DNA of 64,000 nt. Origin: Octopus vulgaris. Its lineage: Eukaryota. Shown here in pieces: positions 38,375 to 51,260 of this stretch. Location of the stretch: contig OX597815.1 of assembly GCA_951406725.2 (NCBI GenBank), positions 49,724,001 through 49,788,000 on the forward strand, written 5' to 3'. The notes below the pieces were generated by a model. That model was not told the origin of the DNA. It was given only the letters and a program-made list of their open reading frames with translations, and ran no database searches. Position 1 is the stretch's first letter. Every line of letters begins with the position of its first letter. Both the position numbers and the translations under genes were made by a program.

Positions 38375-38377
<3 letters not shown>
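38275..38377 (+). mobile_element. ~100-bp insert in (TAA)n, probable 3' tip of a second Dong-like family
   Basis: Both flanks are (AAT)n. cttcaggtctctggatgagacttgg resembles the 27-kb Dong 3'UTR ccctaggagtcgggaagacactcgg and has the same polarity to the repeat. Confidence 0.5.
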
Positions 38378-38439
<62 letters not shown>

Positions 38440-38903
38440 GTTTCAAATTTTGGCACAAGGCCAGCAATTTTGGGGAGAGGTTTAATCAATTACAACAACT
38501 CCAGTGCTCAGCTGCTGCTTGTAACAACAATAACACATCTTCCAAATTTCTAGCTTTAATATATATGTTTAAGAATCGTAACTTCTGTATTGAAACATTT
38601 ATAATAATTGTTTCAAATTTTAGCACAAGACCAGCAGTTTCAAGGAAGGAGCTAAGTCAGTTACATCAACCCCAGTGCTCAACTGCTTCTTATTTTATCG
38701 AACTACAAAAGGATGGAAAGCAAAGTCAGCTCTTGTGGAATTTGAAATTGGAACATATAGATGAAGAAAATGCCATTAAACATTTTGTCTGACATGTTGA
38801 TGATTCTGCCAGTACAAGCCTTTAAAACATTTATAATAATTCTTTGTAAACTGTCTGAACCATTCTGATTTCCTCACCACATATAATAAGGTAAAACATC
38901 TTG

Positions 38904-39132
38904 TATGAGGGGGTGCTGAAAAGTTCTTGGCTTTAAGGGAATCATGAAAGTCCTGGCTGGAGGCTCAACCTTCTGGGTTCTTTTACAGGGCTTAGAAAAA
39001 CTGAAGGACTGCTGCAATAAGTCAATAAGTGTGTGAATCTGAGAGGGGAATATGTTGTATAAAATCATAATTAACTCATCCACTTGTATTTTCTTTTACC
39101 CAAAGTCAGGAACTTTTCAGCACCTGCTTGTA
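38904..39132 (+). mobile_element. Mariner-derived MITE (~225 bp) with TA TSD
   Basis: TIRs ta-tgagggggtgctgaaaagttcttggcttt / aaagtcaggaacttttcagcacctgcttg-ta. Internal GLEKLKDCCNK..CVNLRGEYV mariner C-terminal remnant. Confidence 0.88.
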
Positions 39133-39825
39133 TATCACACAATTTATTATATAACATCAACAGCCTTATATTATTGTTATTTAAGACTAGTGTCCTTAAA
39201 ATGAACATTCAGAAAAGTAATCTGGCCACAATGTTGAAAATAATGATATAAAAGGTTTTTAAACTGAACACAATATTTCCCCCCATGAATACCCAAATTT
39301 TCTCCTAGAATCATGAAATTCCTCCGAAACGAAATTTCCCCTGGGTTAAAATTTGCAGTTCCTAGTTTAGCTACTACTGACTGAAATAAAGCTAAGTTGA
39401 AATTATTGTCTCTTTAGACTGGAACACCAACATAGATTTTGGAACAAGTCTAGAAATACATTCATCATCATCATCATTAACATCATCCTTGCCTTAATAT
39501 CTACTTTTCAATACTCACATATGTCAGACGGAATTTGTTGAGGCAGTTATTTTCTGGCTAGATACCCTTCCTGTTACCAACTTCATGTGATTCCTCCATG
39601 GTCAGACATGTTTGTACAGAATATTGCAAAATGAATGACACAGTTTGCATGATGGGGATTCTCATTTACAACTATCATGTGATGTCAAAACAAAGAGACT
39701 CACACACACACTCACACACACATGCACACTCACACATAATGCAACCAACATTGACTTTGTCTTTCATCCATGTGGGGTCAATAAAATAAGTACCTTTTGA
39801 ACTCAGTATTTTATTACTAATAAAA

Positions 39826-39839
39826 ATAATTACTACTAT

Positions 39840-39917
<78 letters not shown>
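39826..39917. repeat. (ACT)n microsatellite
   Basis: Directly visible. Confidence 0.96.
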
Positions 39918-39919
<2 letters not shown>

Positions 39920-40164
39920 CCAACAACAACAACAACAATAATCCTTTCTATTGTAGGTACAAACCCTGAAAATTGGTGGTTGGTGGGGCCTAGTTAATTA
40001 CATAGACTCCACTGCTTGAATGGTACTTATTTTATTGACCCCAAAAAGGATAAAAGGCAAAGTAAACCTCAGCAGAATTTAACCTCAGAACCTAAATGGT
40101 GCGATGTATTTTGCTCAGTGTGCTAATGGCTCTGCCAGCTCACCACCTTAATTATAATAATCTT

Positions 40165-40410
<246 letters not shown>

Positions 40411-40617
40411 TTTGCCACAAGGCCAGCAGTTTCAAAGGAGTGATTAAGTCAATTACATCAATCCCATGGCTCAACTCATATTTATTCTATCAATCTCAAA
40501 AGGGTCAAAAGTAAAGTCGACCTCAGCAGAGTTTGAAATCAAAATGTAAGGATGGATGAAATGACATGACGAATTTTGCCCAGCATTTTAACAATTCTGC
40601 CACCTTAATGATAACTC

Positions 40618-40651
<34 letters not shown>

Positions 40652-40982
40652 CCTTTCTTTTATAGGCACAAGGCCTAAAATTTGGGGGAGAGGACTAGTC
40701 AATGTAATCGACCCCAGTGTGCTTAATTTATCAATGCCTGGTATTTAATTTATAGACCCCTGGTATTTAATTTATTGACCCCTGAAAGGATGAAATGCAA
40801 AGTCAACCTCAGCAGAATTTGAACTCAGAACGAAAAGACGGACAAAATACTGCTAAGCATTTCTCCTGGCATGCTAATGATTCTGCCAGCTCCCTGCCTT
40901 AATAATAGTAATAATAATTACTTATAATTAGTAAAATTTCATTACCATTTATATATTTATTTTGCATGATATTTATTAATGT

Positions 40983-41282
40983 TTGTTTCTTCTTGAATCA
41001 CGCTTGGCTCATAAGGGCCAGTTTCCAAGTTGCCTTGGTGTATCGGTTCCCCACCTGGATGGGATGCCGGTCCGTTGCAGGTGAGCTGCAAGATGCAGGA
41101 GGAAAGAGTGAGAGAAAGTTGTGGTGAAAGAGTCAGCAGAAGTTTGCCATTACCTTCTGCCGGAGCTGCGTAGAGCTTAGGTGTTTCACTCATAGACACA
41201 CATATCGCCTGGTCAAGGGATCGAACCCCTGATCCCTCGACCGTGTGTCTGCTGCTCTAACCACTAGGCCATGTGCCTCCAC
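40983..41282 (-). mobile_element. Full-length tRNA-derived SINE (V-SINE-like) with 12-bp TSD
   Basis: Minus strand has tggcctagtggttag (A-box), ggttcgatccc (B-box) and cctgcaacggaccggcatcccatccagg (V-SINE-like motif). TSD atttattaatgt at 40971-40982 and 41283-41294. Confidence 0.88.
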
Positions 41283-41485
41283 ATTTATTAATGTGGCAGT
41301 AAACAAGGTAGCAAATTACGAAGGCTAATAGAGCATTGGCTAGCATGCTTTGCAATATTCCTCCTGATTCTCTGTATTCTGAGTTCAAATCCTGCTGGAG
41401 TCATCCTCGCCTTTCAACATTTCAAAGGTCAATAAGAGAAAAAGTACCAGTCTAGAACTCTGGCTTGGCAAAACTCTCAGACTAG

Positions 41486-41650
41486 TTCAGTGTTTTTCAA
41501 ACAATTTTTTACCTATGAACCCCTTTAATACCTATTTTACTTGGATGGACCCTCACAGCTATTCCATGCTTAGAAATCCCTGTTATATATTTTTAATCAT
41601 ATGTTACTAAGAATTTTATTAAAATATTGTTAAAGTGTTCCATGTCTTTG
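41486..41650 (+). mobile_element. hAT/Charlie-like MITE left-end fragment
   Basis: Begins cagtgtttttcaaacaatttttt..atgaacccc, a Charlie-type terminus. No right end seen. Confidence 0.4.
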
Positions 41651-41748
41651 TTATTAAGATACCTCGATTGCATTGAATGCTGGAAACATACACATCTGAT
41701 TTTGTCATAGGTTAGCCTACATGTTACAATGTAACTTCCTTTTGGAAA

Positions 41749-41831
41749 TTCTCCCTGAAGATATACCCAATTGACTGGTTCTGATTATGGAAATTTGAAT
41801 TGATTGGGTGTGGAAACAGCTGTAGGCAGGA
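41749..41831 (+). ncRNA. Minimal type I hammerhead ribozyme motif (GUA site after 41824)
   Basis: ttctcc CTGAAGA tatacccaattga-[25 nt]-ttgattgggtgtg GAAA CAGCTG TA gg(c)agga: 13-bp stem II fully paired including G-U, palindromic stem III, bulged stem I. Confidence 0.72.
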
Positions 41832-42073
41832 AAGTCTATGTATGAATTTGAATGTCTTTAAATAAATAATGTTTGTACGTCAATTTTTTCCATTTTCTTC
41901 ATTGATGATGATGAAAGTATTTTAAACACCTATATGTTTCAATGAACTGGAGAACTAGGATGCTTGCATCCCTTAAGGGACTTTAGTTCCTTGACTAAAT
42001 AATATATGTTTACTTTACCATCACATATGTATCAATTATTTTCGCATCCTAACCGATGCATCTATCTATATTT

Positions 42074-42124
42074 GCCTTCTGAAGAGATTTACTTAAACCA
42101 GTAAATCGAAACGATCATAAATGC
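42074..42124 (+). ncRNA. Minimal type I hammerhead ribozyme motif, slightly decayed
   Basis: gcctt CTGAAGA gatttact-taaacc-agtaaatc GAAA CGATCA TA aatgc: perfect 8-bp stem II, stem III one CpG-type change from CGATCG, stem I 4/5. Confidence 0.72.
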
Positions 42125-42224
42125 TACCCTCATCTCTGCTTCTTCCTTCTTTGTTACCTATTTAATTAAAGGCATACCAGCGTAAACCATGAGTTTCCCA
42201 TTGTTATTTTATCCATTTTCTTCT

Positions 42225-42265
<41 letters not shown>

Positions 42266-43429
42266 CAGGCTTCTTTCAGTTTTCATCAACAAAATCCACT
42301 CTCAAGTCATTGGACAGCCCAAGGATATAGAAGACATTTGCCCAAAATACCACACTGTGGGATTGCACCCGGAACCTTATGGTTGAGCAGCAAACTTCTT
42401 ACCACACAGTCACATCTAAGATAAAACATTTAAATATTCAGGTAGAAAATTGCAAGTCTTCATCACTAACACATCATAGAGTCCAATTAGAAATGGAAGA
42501 AGAATAGAGAAAAATATAAAGGTAAAAAAATATAAAAATATAAATTATCCAAGTAGAATTTGTAATTTATTTTACCATTTTAATGTGAAAGAATCAACAA
42601 ACTAAAAAGTAACTCCAAAGTGGAATTGGTTAATAAAAATTTGAAAAACAAAAATACATTATACATGAAAAGACTATGAAAAAGTCTTTGAGTCTTTGAG
42701 GGAGAGCAAGAGGGAAAGACATCAAGAGAAAATACAGAGAGAGAGAGAAAGAGAGAAAGGGAAAGGAATAAGCAGCCCTGAAATATGGTTAAATCAGATG
42801 AAATTATTCTTAATGTATAGTATCAGATATTGGAGAGAAGAGGGGTTAAATAGATGAAACAAAACTATATTGCAGTGAGGTTTGACAAGCAATTAATATA
42901 TCCATGTACACATGAGCAAGCTTCTCTAAATTAAACAGCTAGCTGATAATAATGGTGAGTTTGATGATGATGATGCCCATCATTATTGTTGTTGTTGTTA
43001 TGGTATTGATGACGATGGTAATGATAATGATGATAATAATAATGATGATCATAATTGTGATTATGAAAAGTGAGGAAAACTGAAACATAATAATAAAAAA
43101 AGGAAGGGAAATAGGAAGTAGAGAAAAATGACGAGGAAGAGATATAGTTGGTTAAAAATTGATTTGTATTGTATGAAAACAAGGCAACTGCAATTTACAG
43201 ATAACTGTCAAAATTATAGTCAAACTATAATTGCATGTGCATGCTGCATATGTGTATGTATGTGTTTGTATATGCATGTATGTGTGTGTGTGTGTGTGTA
43301 GGAGAGACAGAGAGAATGTGGATGTGTGAGTGAGTTTGCATTAACCAAATCTATAGAGACTGGTTCATAGGTCCAGAGTTCACATTTCCCGGCAAAGACG
43401 GAAAAATATTCAGCCTTCAAATATAAATT

Positions 43430-43506
<77 letters not shown>

Positions 43507-43989
43507 AGTGAGTGAGAAAGAGAGAAAGATACAGACAGAGAGAGCAAAGAGGAGAGCACATACACACACATGCAACACACAACTTAATGTTAAAATGACA
43601 GATATATAGTCAGGTGAAAGGAACCCACTAAAGAATACAAAGAAGAATATTATACACACACACACACGTATACACACATGCATGTGTATGCACAAGTGTA
43701 TATTAATATATATATATATATATGCATGTTTACATACACGTTTCCATGCATACATACAAACATACATATATACATAGATACATACATACAGAGAAGTTTG
43801 ACAGAAAAACACTGGTGATAGCAATGATGAACTGTTCAATAAAGTCAAGCAGAAATGGTTAAAGATCTTTGTTATGTGTTATTTAGTGATTGGTCTGGAC
43901 CAAACTATTGGCATCATTTCAGTTGGGTACTGGCACTTGCCTACAACACATTCATCTTTCTGTCAATGGAACTAATGTCACTTGATATG

Positions 43990-43998
43990 TATACATGT

Positions 43999-44056
<58 letters not shown>

Positions 44057-44165
44057 CTGGTTCTATCGGTCTATTTATCTATCTGTCTGCCTCAAGATAT
44101 ATATATATATATGTGTGTGTGTGTACATATATATATTATATATACATACATTATATATACATATA

Positions 44166-44198
<33 letters not shown>

Positions 44199-44430
44199 CA
44201 TCTATAAATAACAAAGTAGGGAGACACACACACACTCATATATATATAAACATACATACACACACATGCACACACACACACACACATATATATATGTATA
44301 TATATATATATAAACATATATATTTATACATATGTACGTATACATACATAGATAGATATACATATTTTTGGGTGTGTGTATATATGTATATATATAGATA
44401 GATATAGATATATATATATACATATGCATG
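43990..44430. repeat. Compound (TG)n/(TA)n/(CA)n tracts; also (TG)n 43432-43503
   Basis: Directly visible. Confidence 0.95.
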
Positions 44431-44894
44431 CATGTATGCCCATGTGCACACAAATAGACATACATCAATATAAGGTACATAGATACATGCTTGGACATAC
44501 ATATATAATTTTGGCAAAACATGGAAGAATGAAATTGTTTGTGGCATAAACGAAATATTTATTCTGGCACAACTGACTGAAAATGAAGATGACATCAATG
44601 AGTAGAAGTATCAGCAATGACAACAACAGTCACACTGCAAACTACATTGAAGTTGCTTGTGTTTATGGTAATGCTGATGGGTACTATATTTGTTGGTGTC
44701 CTGCTTTAATTGACCTACATATGTAGCTCAACAAATTGCTGAGAGAAAAATACTTCATGCAGAGTGGCCTGTACACAAAATGTGAAAAAAGAAGGGTCTT
44801 ATATGTCAAAAGCTTTGATTGTTTGAGATTAAACCAGCTGTTAGTAGATAAAAACTCCCTGTAGTGTGTCTGAAGTCTAAAAACATCAAGTGAT

Positions 44895-45400
44895 GACTGG
44901 CTATGTGGTTAAGAAAGTTTCCTTGAAATTGGATGGCTTTGAGTTCAATTCCACTACATGGCATCTTTGGCAAATGTCTTCTACTATAAGCCCAGGCTGA
45001 CCAATACCACGTGAGTGAACTTGGCTGATGGAAACTGTGTGGAAGCCCACTGAGTGTGTGTAAGAAAGAGTGTGTGCATGCATGCGGGCACATGCGTGTG
45101 TGTATGTGCGTGTGTGTATGTGTGTGTGTGTGTGCATGTTTGTTTGTGTGTACGTGTGTGCACATGTGTGTGTGTGCATGCATGCATTTGTGTGTGTATG
45201 CATTTGTGTGTGCATGCATTTGTGTGTGCAGGCATGTGTGTGAGTGTGTGTGTCTGCATGCATGCATGTGTGTGTGTGAGTGTGTGTGTGTGCATGCATG
45301 CATGTATGTGTGTTTGTCATCTCCCACATAGCTTGACAATTGGGGTTGGTTTGTTACATCCTTGTAATTAAGCAGTGAACCAAACCACACTTTTAAAAAT
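44895..45400 (+). mobile_element. SINE family A with internal repeat expanded to ~260 bp of (TG)n/(TGCA)n
   Basis: Head 44895-45050, repeat 45053-45315, body resumes tttgtc..gcttgacaa. Confidence 0.75.
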
Positions 45401-46816
45401 AATAGCTACTAGTGTTGATTTGCTTTAACCCATAAAGCACTGGGACTTGCACTTACATAGCATGGACTGCAGAGCACATTTATTGAAAATGACACTACCA
45501 TGCACACATAAAAAAACAAAAAAATAGTTAAAATATCTTCTTAGCATATAATGGTAGCAAGTTTTACATCATCTGAGAAGTCATTAGTTGAACTATTAGT
45601 CCTCTTGCATTCTAGGGGGTATTAGAACTTTTGAGTAGCATTAGACCCCAACAAACACCCTCTTTTACTCTTTTATTTGTTTCAGTCATTTGACTGCGGC
45701 CATGCTGGAGCACCACCTTTAGCCAAGCAAATCGACCCCAGGACTTATTCTTCGTAAGCCTAGTACTTATTCTATCTAGCTGCAATTAAGTGACTGAAAC
45801 AAATAAAAGATTAAGAGAGATTAGCTAACAGAAATTCTTGGACAATGAAGATAATAGAGAAAAATCTCAGTTGATTTAAGTTTTTTAATTCATAATTATA
45901 TATATGTGAAACTTTGATGTATTTGTATTTTGTATGCGTAATTTTGTATTTTCTACTTGAAGATGTTGAGATAAATAAGTAAAAATGCAAATCCTTCTGA
46001 TGTTTAGCATAAAACAGTTGACACCGGTGTTCAGCCAGTGCTTATTTATCAACCCCAAAAAAGATGGTGAAAGATAAAGTCAACTTTGGTGGAATTTGAA
46101 TTCTAAACATAAAGACAGGCAAAATGACACTAAATGTTTTGTCCAGCATGTTACTGATTTTGCCAGCTTGCCATTGCCATAGTAATAAGAACAACAACAA
46201 AGTTTATGATAATCATGATGAACATGATGATGACTATGGTGTTGAATTGTTCCACATACCTCATAAACATGGAGGTACACTGTGTTAGTGGAGCAGAAAA
46301 CTCTGCAAGAAACTATTGGAACTATGATGGTAGATAACAACATCAACAACAATAATAATAAAATATTGATAAAATAAGGATAATGATGATAACAGGAAAA
46401 TAAAAAAGAAAAAAAACAGGAAGAGAATAATTGTTTGTGGATAAAGAAGTATAATACTGTGTGACAACTCTTGAAAGGACACCTGCCAAAATATGAGACA
46501 TTTAATCAAGCAGGGATAATGGAATTCATCTGTCAATTCAGCAGTCCTACTTAATATAAAGTGAATATTTTTGGCACAGTCTGTTGAGGTCAGATGCTTC
46601 CAATCAATGCTTTGTTGAAATGGAGAAGGCCATGTAAACTTTACTAATGATCAATCTTATTTACTTCCTGTAGTGGACCTTGGTTAACTTGCTGTGATAG
46701 TGGTTGTTGTGGGTATTGTTAATACTGCTACTACTCCTGTTGTTGTTTAGTCCCAGGCAGATTATGATTAAAGATGTTCCAGCTGTAACCATCCTGCCTA
46801 TATATATATATAAATA

Positions 46817-47679
46817 TACAGGGTGCGATGAGTAAATTGTTGCCAGTTTATATTTTTAATTTTTCTGCATGTGCATTGTTTGTTTTTGATTTTGTCAATT
46901 ACAGAGTATAGTAGGGTCCTTTGGGCACCATCTGTGAGAACAACAGCACCATGATACAATTCACTCTGTCAGAAATTTGGAAACGACATGCTGTACTGCT
47001 TGGCATTCATGTCGGAAGCTCCAATACAAACATTTCAGTGTGTTTGTGTGTTAATCTGAGAACAGCACAATCTGAGGACATGTATTGAGAGTAATAAAAA
47101 TCAAACATCTCGTCAACATCATGGTGTTTGGAGTGATCACTAGTGATGACGATGTTATGCATCCATTCATCTTCCCACACGGCCTCACACTCAAAACAGA
47201 GGCCTACATCAAGTGCCTAGACGAGGTAGTGCTGCCCTAGGCCAAGAGGGTGGCTGCTGGAAAACCTTATGTCTGGCAACAGGATTCTGCACCGAGCAGG
47301 AGGACCCAGTTGTGGTTGTCAGACAATTTTTGTGACCACATCACCCCTAACATCTGGCCACCTAACTCCCCAGACTGCATCCCCCTTGATTATTATGAGT
47401 GGAGCGCAGTTGAGCAAGAGATCAACAAAATTTTTGTAACACTAAAATGAACTGAAGGCAAGGATTATGGCAGAATTCACCAACTTAAACAAGGAGATAT
47501 TCCAGAAGAGTTGCAGAAGACTCCAAAGTCGTCTGGAGGCTGTGGTTGAAGCCAATGGCAATTTTATTGAATAAAGATATTTTTGTAAAATTTTGGTAAA
47601 TATATCTGTTAAATTGAGATGTCAGTGTCATTTTCATTTTTGCATAATTTAGACAACAATATATTCACCACAACCTCTA
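46817..47679 (+). mobile_element. Tc1/mariner-superfamily DD37D (maT) transposon, internally deleted, both TIRs
   Basis: ta-cagggtgcgatgagtaaattgttg / caacaatatattcaccacaacctc-ta; VNIMVFGVITSD..YVWQQDSAP..WPPNSPDCIPLDY..RLEAVVEANGNFIE. Confidence 0.9.
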
Positions 47680-47974
47680 TATATGTGGAAGAATGTACAT
47701 TGTCTCTTTTTAACCTCAATGCCACACAAAAGTTACTACTATATCTATGGACATACATCATGCCCAGTGTCCCTTACTGTTGCTCTCATGTTTCTTTGGC
47801 CTAAATACTGTGACACAAATATATAGTCACAGGTATGCCCAGGAATTTTCGCCTATTTTGGGGCTACATTTTCAATTTTAAAAGATACAGAAAATCTTAC
47901 CATTAGTTTTTCCCTTTTTGATAATGGAATGTGATTCCAAAGAGATTTAGCCTTTGGATTAATATTAAGATTAA

Positions 47975-48172
47975 GGTGGAAAGCATGCTGAGCAAAATGT
48001 TTAGTGGCATTTCATCCATTTTGATGTTCAGAGTTCAAATGTCACCAGGGTCGACTTTGTCTTTCATGATTTCGGGAAGGACAAAATAAGTACCATTAGA
48101 GTTCTGGGGTCAATGTAATCAACTTATCCCCTTCCTCTAATTGCTGGCCTTATATCAAAATTTGAAACCAGT
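47975..48172 (+). mobile_element. Solitary SINE family B
   Basis: gagttcaaat..gtcgactttgtctttcat..taagtacc..ggggtcaatgtaatc. Confidence 0.78.
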
Positions 48173-50084
48173 ATTAGAGTTAGGATTATGGTTAGTTCTA
48201 ACAGCCTAAGGGACTACATTGAAATTTCTTCATTTTCCTGACCCTAGTCAGGTATTAATTACTGCTCAATCATTCCCAATTCAGAAAGAAAGAAAATGTA
48301 CATTGAATCAGGTAGAACTAAAATGTCTGTGAAACTAAGTTATCCTATTCGAGCCATTCTTTAATGACATAGTGTGGTTATGTGATGTTAAGAGACCACC
48401 TAGGTAGACTACTTTTGGCAAAGAGATGAAGGTATATTAGATTTAAGGAAGTGAATGGTTAATTTGGCAACCTCCACAGTGCAGCCAAAGCCATGCTATA
48501 TCTCTGTGTTCTGTAAAGCTAAGTAATGCTCAATGCTAAAAGAAGAAAGCTCTTTGTGGTTGTATGTCCTGCTAAAAATAGCAATTGTATCTCTCAAATT
48601 ATAAACTATAAGCTTAAAAAAATAGAAATGATGTATTGGATAATTATAGAACCCAGAATATCTGAAAAAAAAAAGACAGATGTTATGATTATAGTTGGAA
48701 CACATTATGACACTTGACCTGGGGTTAAACAATATTCATAGCAATAATAACTACATATCTGCAATAGTTGTTACCTTGGATAATCTTGATAAAAGTTATA
48801 TAGTCAAAGGTGTTCCTGATATGACCATCTTGATTGTTTCCTATCTGCATGGAGCACAGAACTATATTATTTTATTTTTGTCTTTTTTAAAATGAATGAG
48901 TGTAGTTTGTAGTTTAAGAGAAATTTAGCTGTTATTCCTAGCTGGCTGAATGACCTAAAAAGAGAACTGACTCCAGAATAAAACTGATATTTTATTCTTT
49001 GACCCAGAAAGGGTGAAAGGCATAGATGACATTCGTGGGATTTGAATTTAAAAATACTGAGAGCCAGAACAAAGACCACAAAGTACACTGCTAATTCATT
49101 GTTTTTATATGTATGTAAGCAATTATGAGCAAGTAAGCAAGCAAGCATGCATATATATATATATATATATATATAAGTGTGTATATACATATCCCTTGTA
49201 CTTGTTTCAGTCATTGGCCTGTGGCCATGCTGGAGCCCTATCTTGAAGGATTTTAGTCAAACAAAACAACATCACTACCTGTCGTTTAAAGTTTGGCACT
49301 TATTCTATCAGTCCCTTTTGCCTTACCACTAAGTTATGAGGACTTAAACAAACCAATACCAGCTGTGAAATGGTGGTGGTGGTGGTGGTGGTGGGGTAAA
49401 CACAGCCCCAACACAACGATGCACACATGTATATGTATGTGTGTGTATACATATATATATATATTAGATGGGCTTGCATCATGTATGTATATATGTATGT
49501 ATCAATGTATGCATGTGTATATATGTGTATATATGCATTTATGTACGTATGCAGACATGTTTACATTGTTTACATTTTTTGGCCTATGTATACTCATAAA
49601 CGATGAAAAAATTGGCAAAAATCTGATACTTTTCAGAGTCTTTTGCAAAGAACGAAGTCATTTGAACCACATTAAAGTGAATCTCTTGTCACTCTCTCCT
49701 TCGGAAAAGCAGTGAACCAGTCACTGACCTGATGGAAAACTGTAACCAGTGACACTGCTGCTCCCAAATGGCAATGTAAAATAAATGAATGAATAAATAA
49801 ATAAATAAATAGATAAATAAATAAATAAATAAATAAATGGTAACAAATTCTGAATCTTATAATGGAAGAATCTAAAAATAACCTCTAAGTGTTTAAAGCA
49901 TAAACATATACTTTCTTTTTGGTCTTGTTGACCATATTTATTGCTAAAGGACATAAATAAATAAACAAACATAATTCTGAGTTAGAAGAATATAAGAACC
50001 ATAATTGACAAAATGCCATATCAAAGTTGTATTCGTGACCAAGCCAAAAAGCAAAACCTGTGAAGAAGTTTACATCTAAGCACT

Positions 50085-50478
50085 GGGCATGGCTGTGTGG
50101 TAAGAAGCTTGCTTCCCGACTGCTTGCTTCCAGGTTCAGTCCCAATGTGGAACCTTGGGCAAGTGTCTTCTACTTTAACCTTAGGCTGACCAAAGTCTTG
50201 TGAGTGGATTTGGTAGACAGAAACTAAAAGGAGTCTCTCATATATAAACACATATTTGTGCATGTGTGTATATCTTTGTGTCTGTGTTTGTCCCATATCA
50301 TTGCTCAACAACCAGTGCTGGTGTGTTTTCATCCCTGTAACTTAGCAGTTTGGCAAAGAGGCTGATAGAATAAATTTTATTAATTAGTACTAGGGTCAAT
50401 TCGTTTGACTAAAAGTTTTCAAGGCAGTGCTCCAGCATGGCAACAGTCTAATGACTGAAACAAGTAAATGATAAAAGA
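50085..50478 (+). mobile_element. Full-length SINE family A (an opposite-strand decayed copy lies at 49195-49480)
   Basis: Head tggctgtgtggtaagaag, ggttcagtccc, standard tail. Confidence 0.88.
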
Positions 50479-50687
50479 TGTGTTCATTTGACCTGTTAGA
50501 AATGATAACCAAACTTCACTCAAATCACTAATCAAGGCTATTTTAATAACATTATAGGCTCCTACATATACTGGAGCCCTATAGTAGTTAGTTATTGATA
50601 ACAAACCACATCATATATTGATCAAAATTGAACCCCTAGACCTGTGAGCACCTCCACCCTCCCAAAACTTCCTGGTGTGCCCATGAC

Positions 50688-51260
50688 TTAACTCTTTTGT
50701 TACCATATTTCTGTTGACATATACTGTTTTTTGTTTCAATTCATCATCATTAACATTTAATACATTTAATGCCTGTTTTCCATGCCAGCATGCTTTAAAG
50801 GGCTTGACAGGAATTGGCACAAGGCCAGGCTCCACACCAGGTTCCATAGTCTGTTTGGTTTCTATGGCTGGATGCCCTCACTAATACCAACCACTTTACA
50901 GAGTGCACTGGGTGCTTTTTACAGGGCACCATCCCCTATGCTTTTTACAGGGCACCAGTGCCCAGAACAGTGCTTTTTGTGAGACACTTCGGTTTTAGGA
51001 TGTTGATTCTGTTGTGGTGGGTGGGTCTTCTTGAGTACAGCATTGCATCACATATCTCTGTCCTCTTTCATCCTTTTCATAAAGTCCAGAGTTTTGAGAT
51101 CAACCTCCAATTAATTTTTAAATTAATGAAGAATTTAGTATAATATCTTTGACCCTATTAAGAAATTCTAATGCAAGGCTTTAATTTAGATCACATTGAA
51201 ACAGGAAATTTGTATAATAAACTCAAGGGTGGTCTTAGGTGGGTTTGTATTAAAAGGTTT
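50688..51260. mobile_element. piggyBac-like MITE interrupted by a minus-strand RTE 3' fragment (50741-51108)
   Basis: Starts ttaa-ctcttttgttaccatatttctgttga (also at 37726). RTE tail catcatcattaac..ccatgccagcatg inserted at caatt. Decayed right end taaaaggtt. Confidence 0.55.

Larger units (their letters stand above)
41655..42227 (+). mobile_element. Penelope-like pLTR / retrozyme-like segment with two tandem hammerhead motifs, ending at (TA)n
   Basis: Two CTGAAGA..GAAA cores with palindromic stem III, a pyrimidine-rich 3' segment, then (TA)n at 42227. Confidence 0.65.

Noticed and set aside
41215-41282. tRNA-like sequence with good A and B boxes (also the heads of SINE-A, -B and -D)
   Set aside because: No complete cloverleaf or acceptor stem. 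It continues into a SINE body bounded by a TSD, so it is not a tRNA gene.
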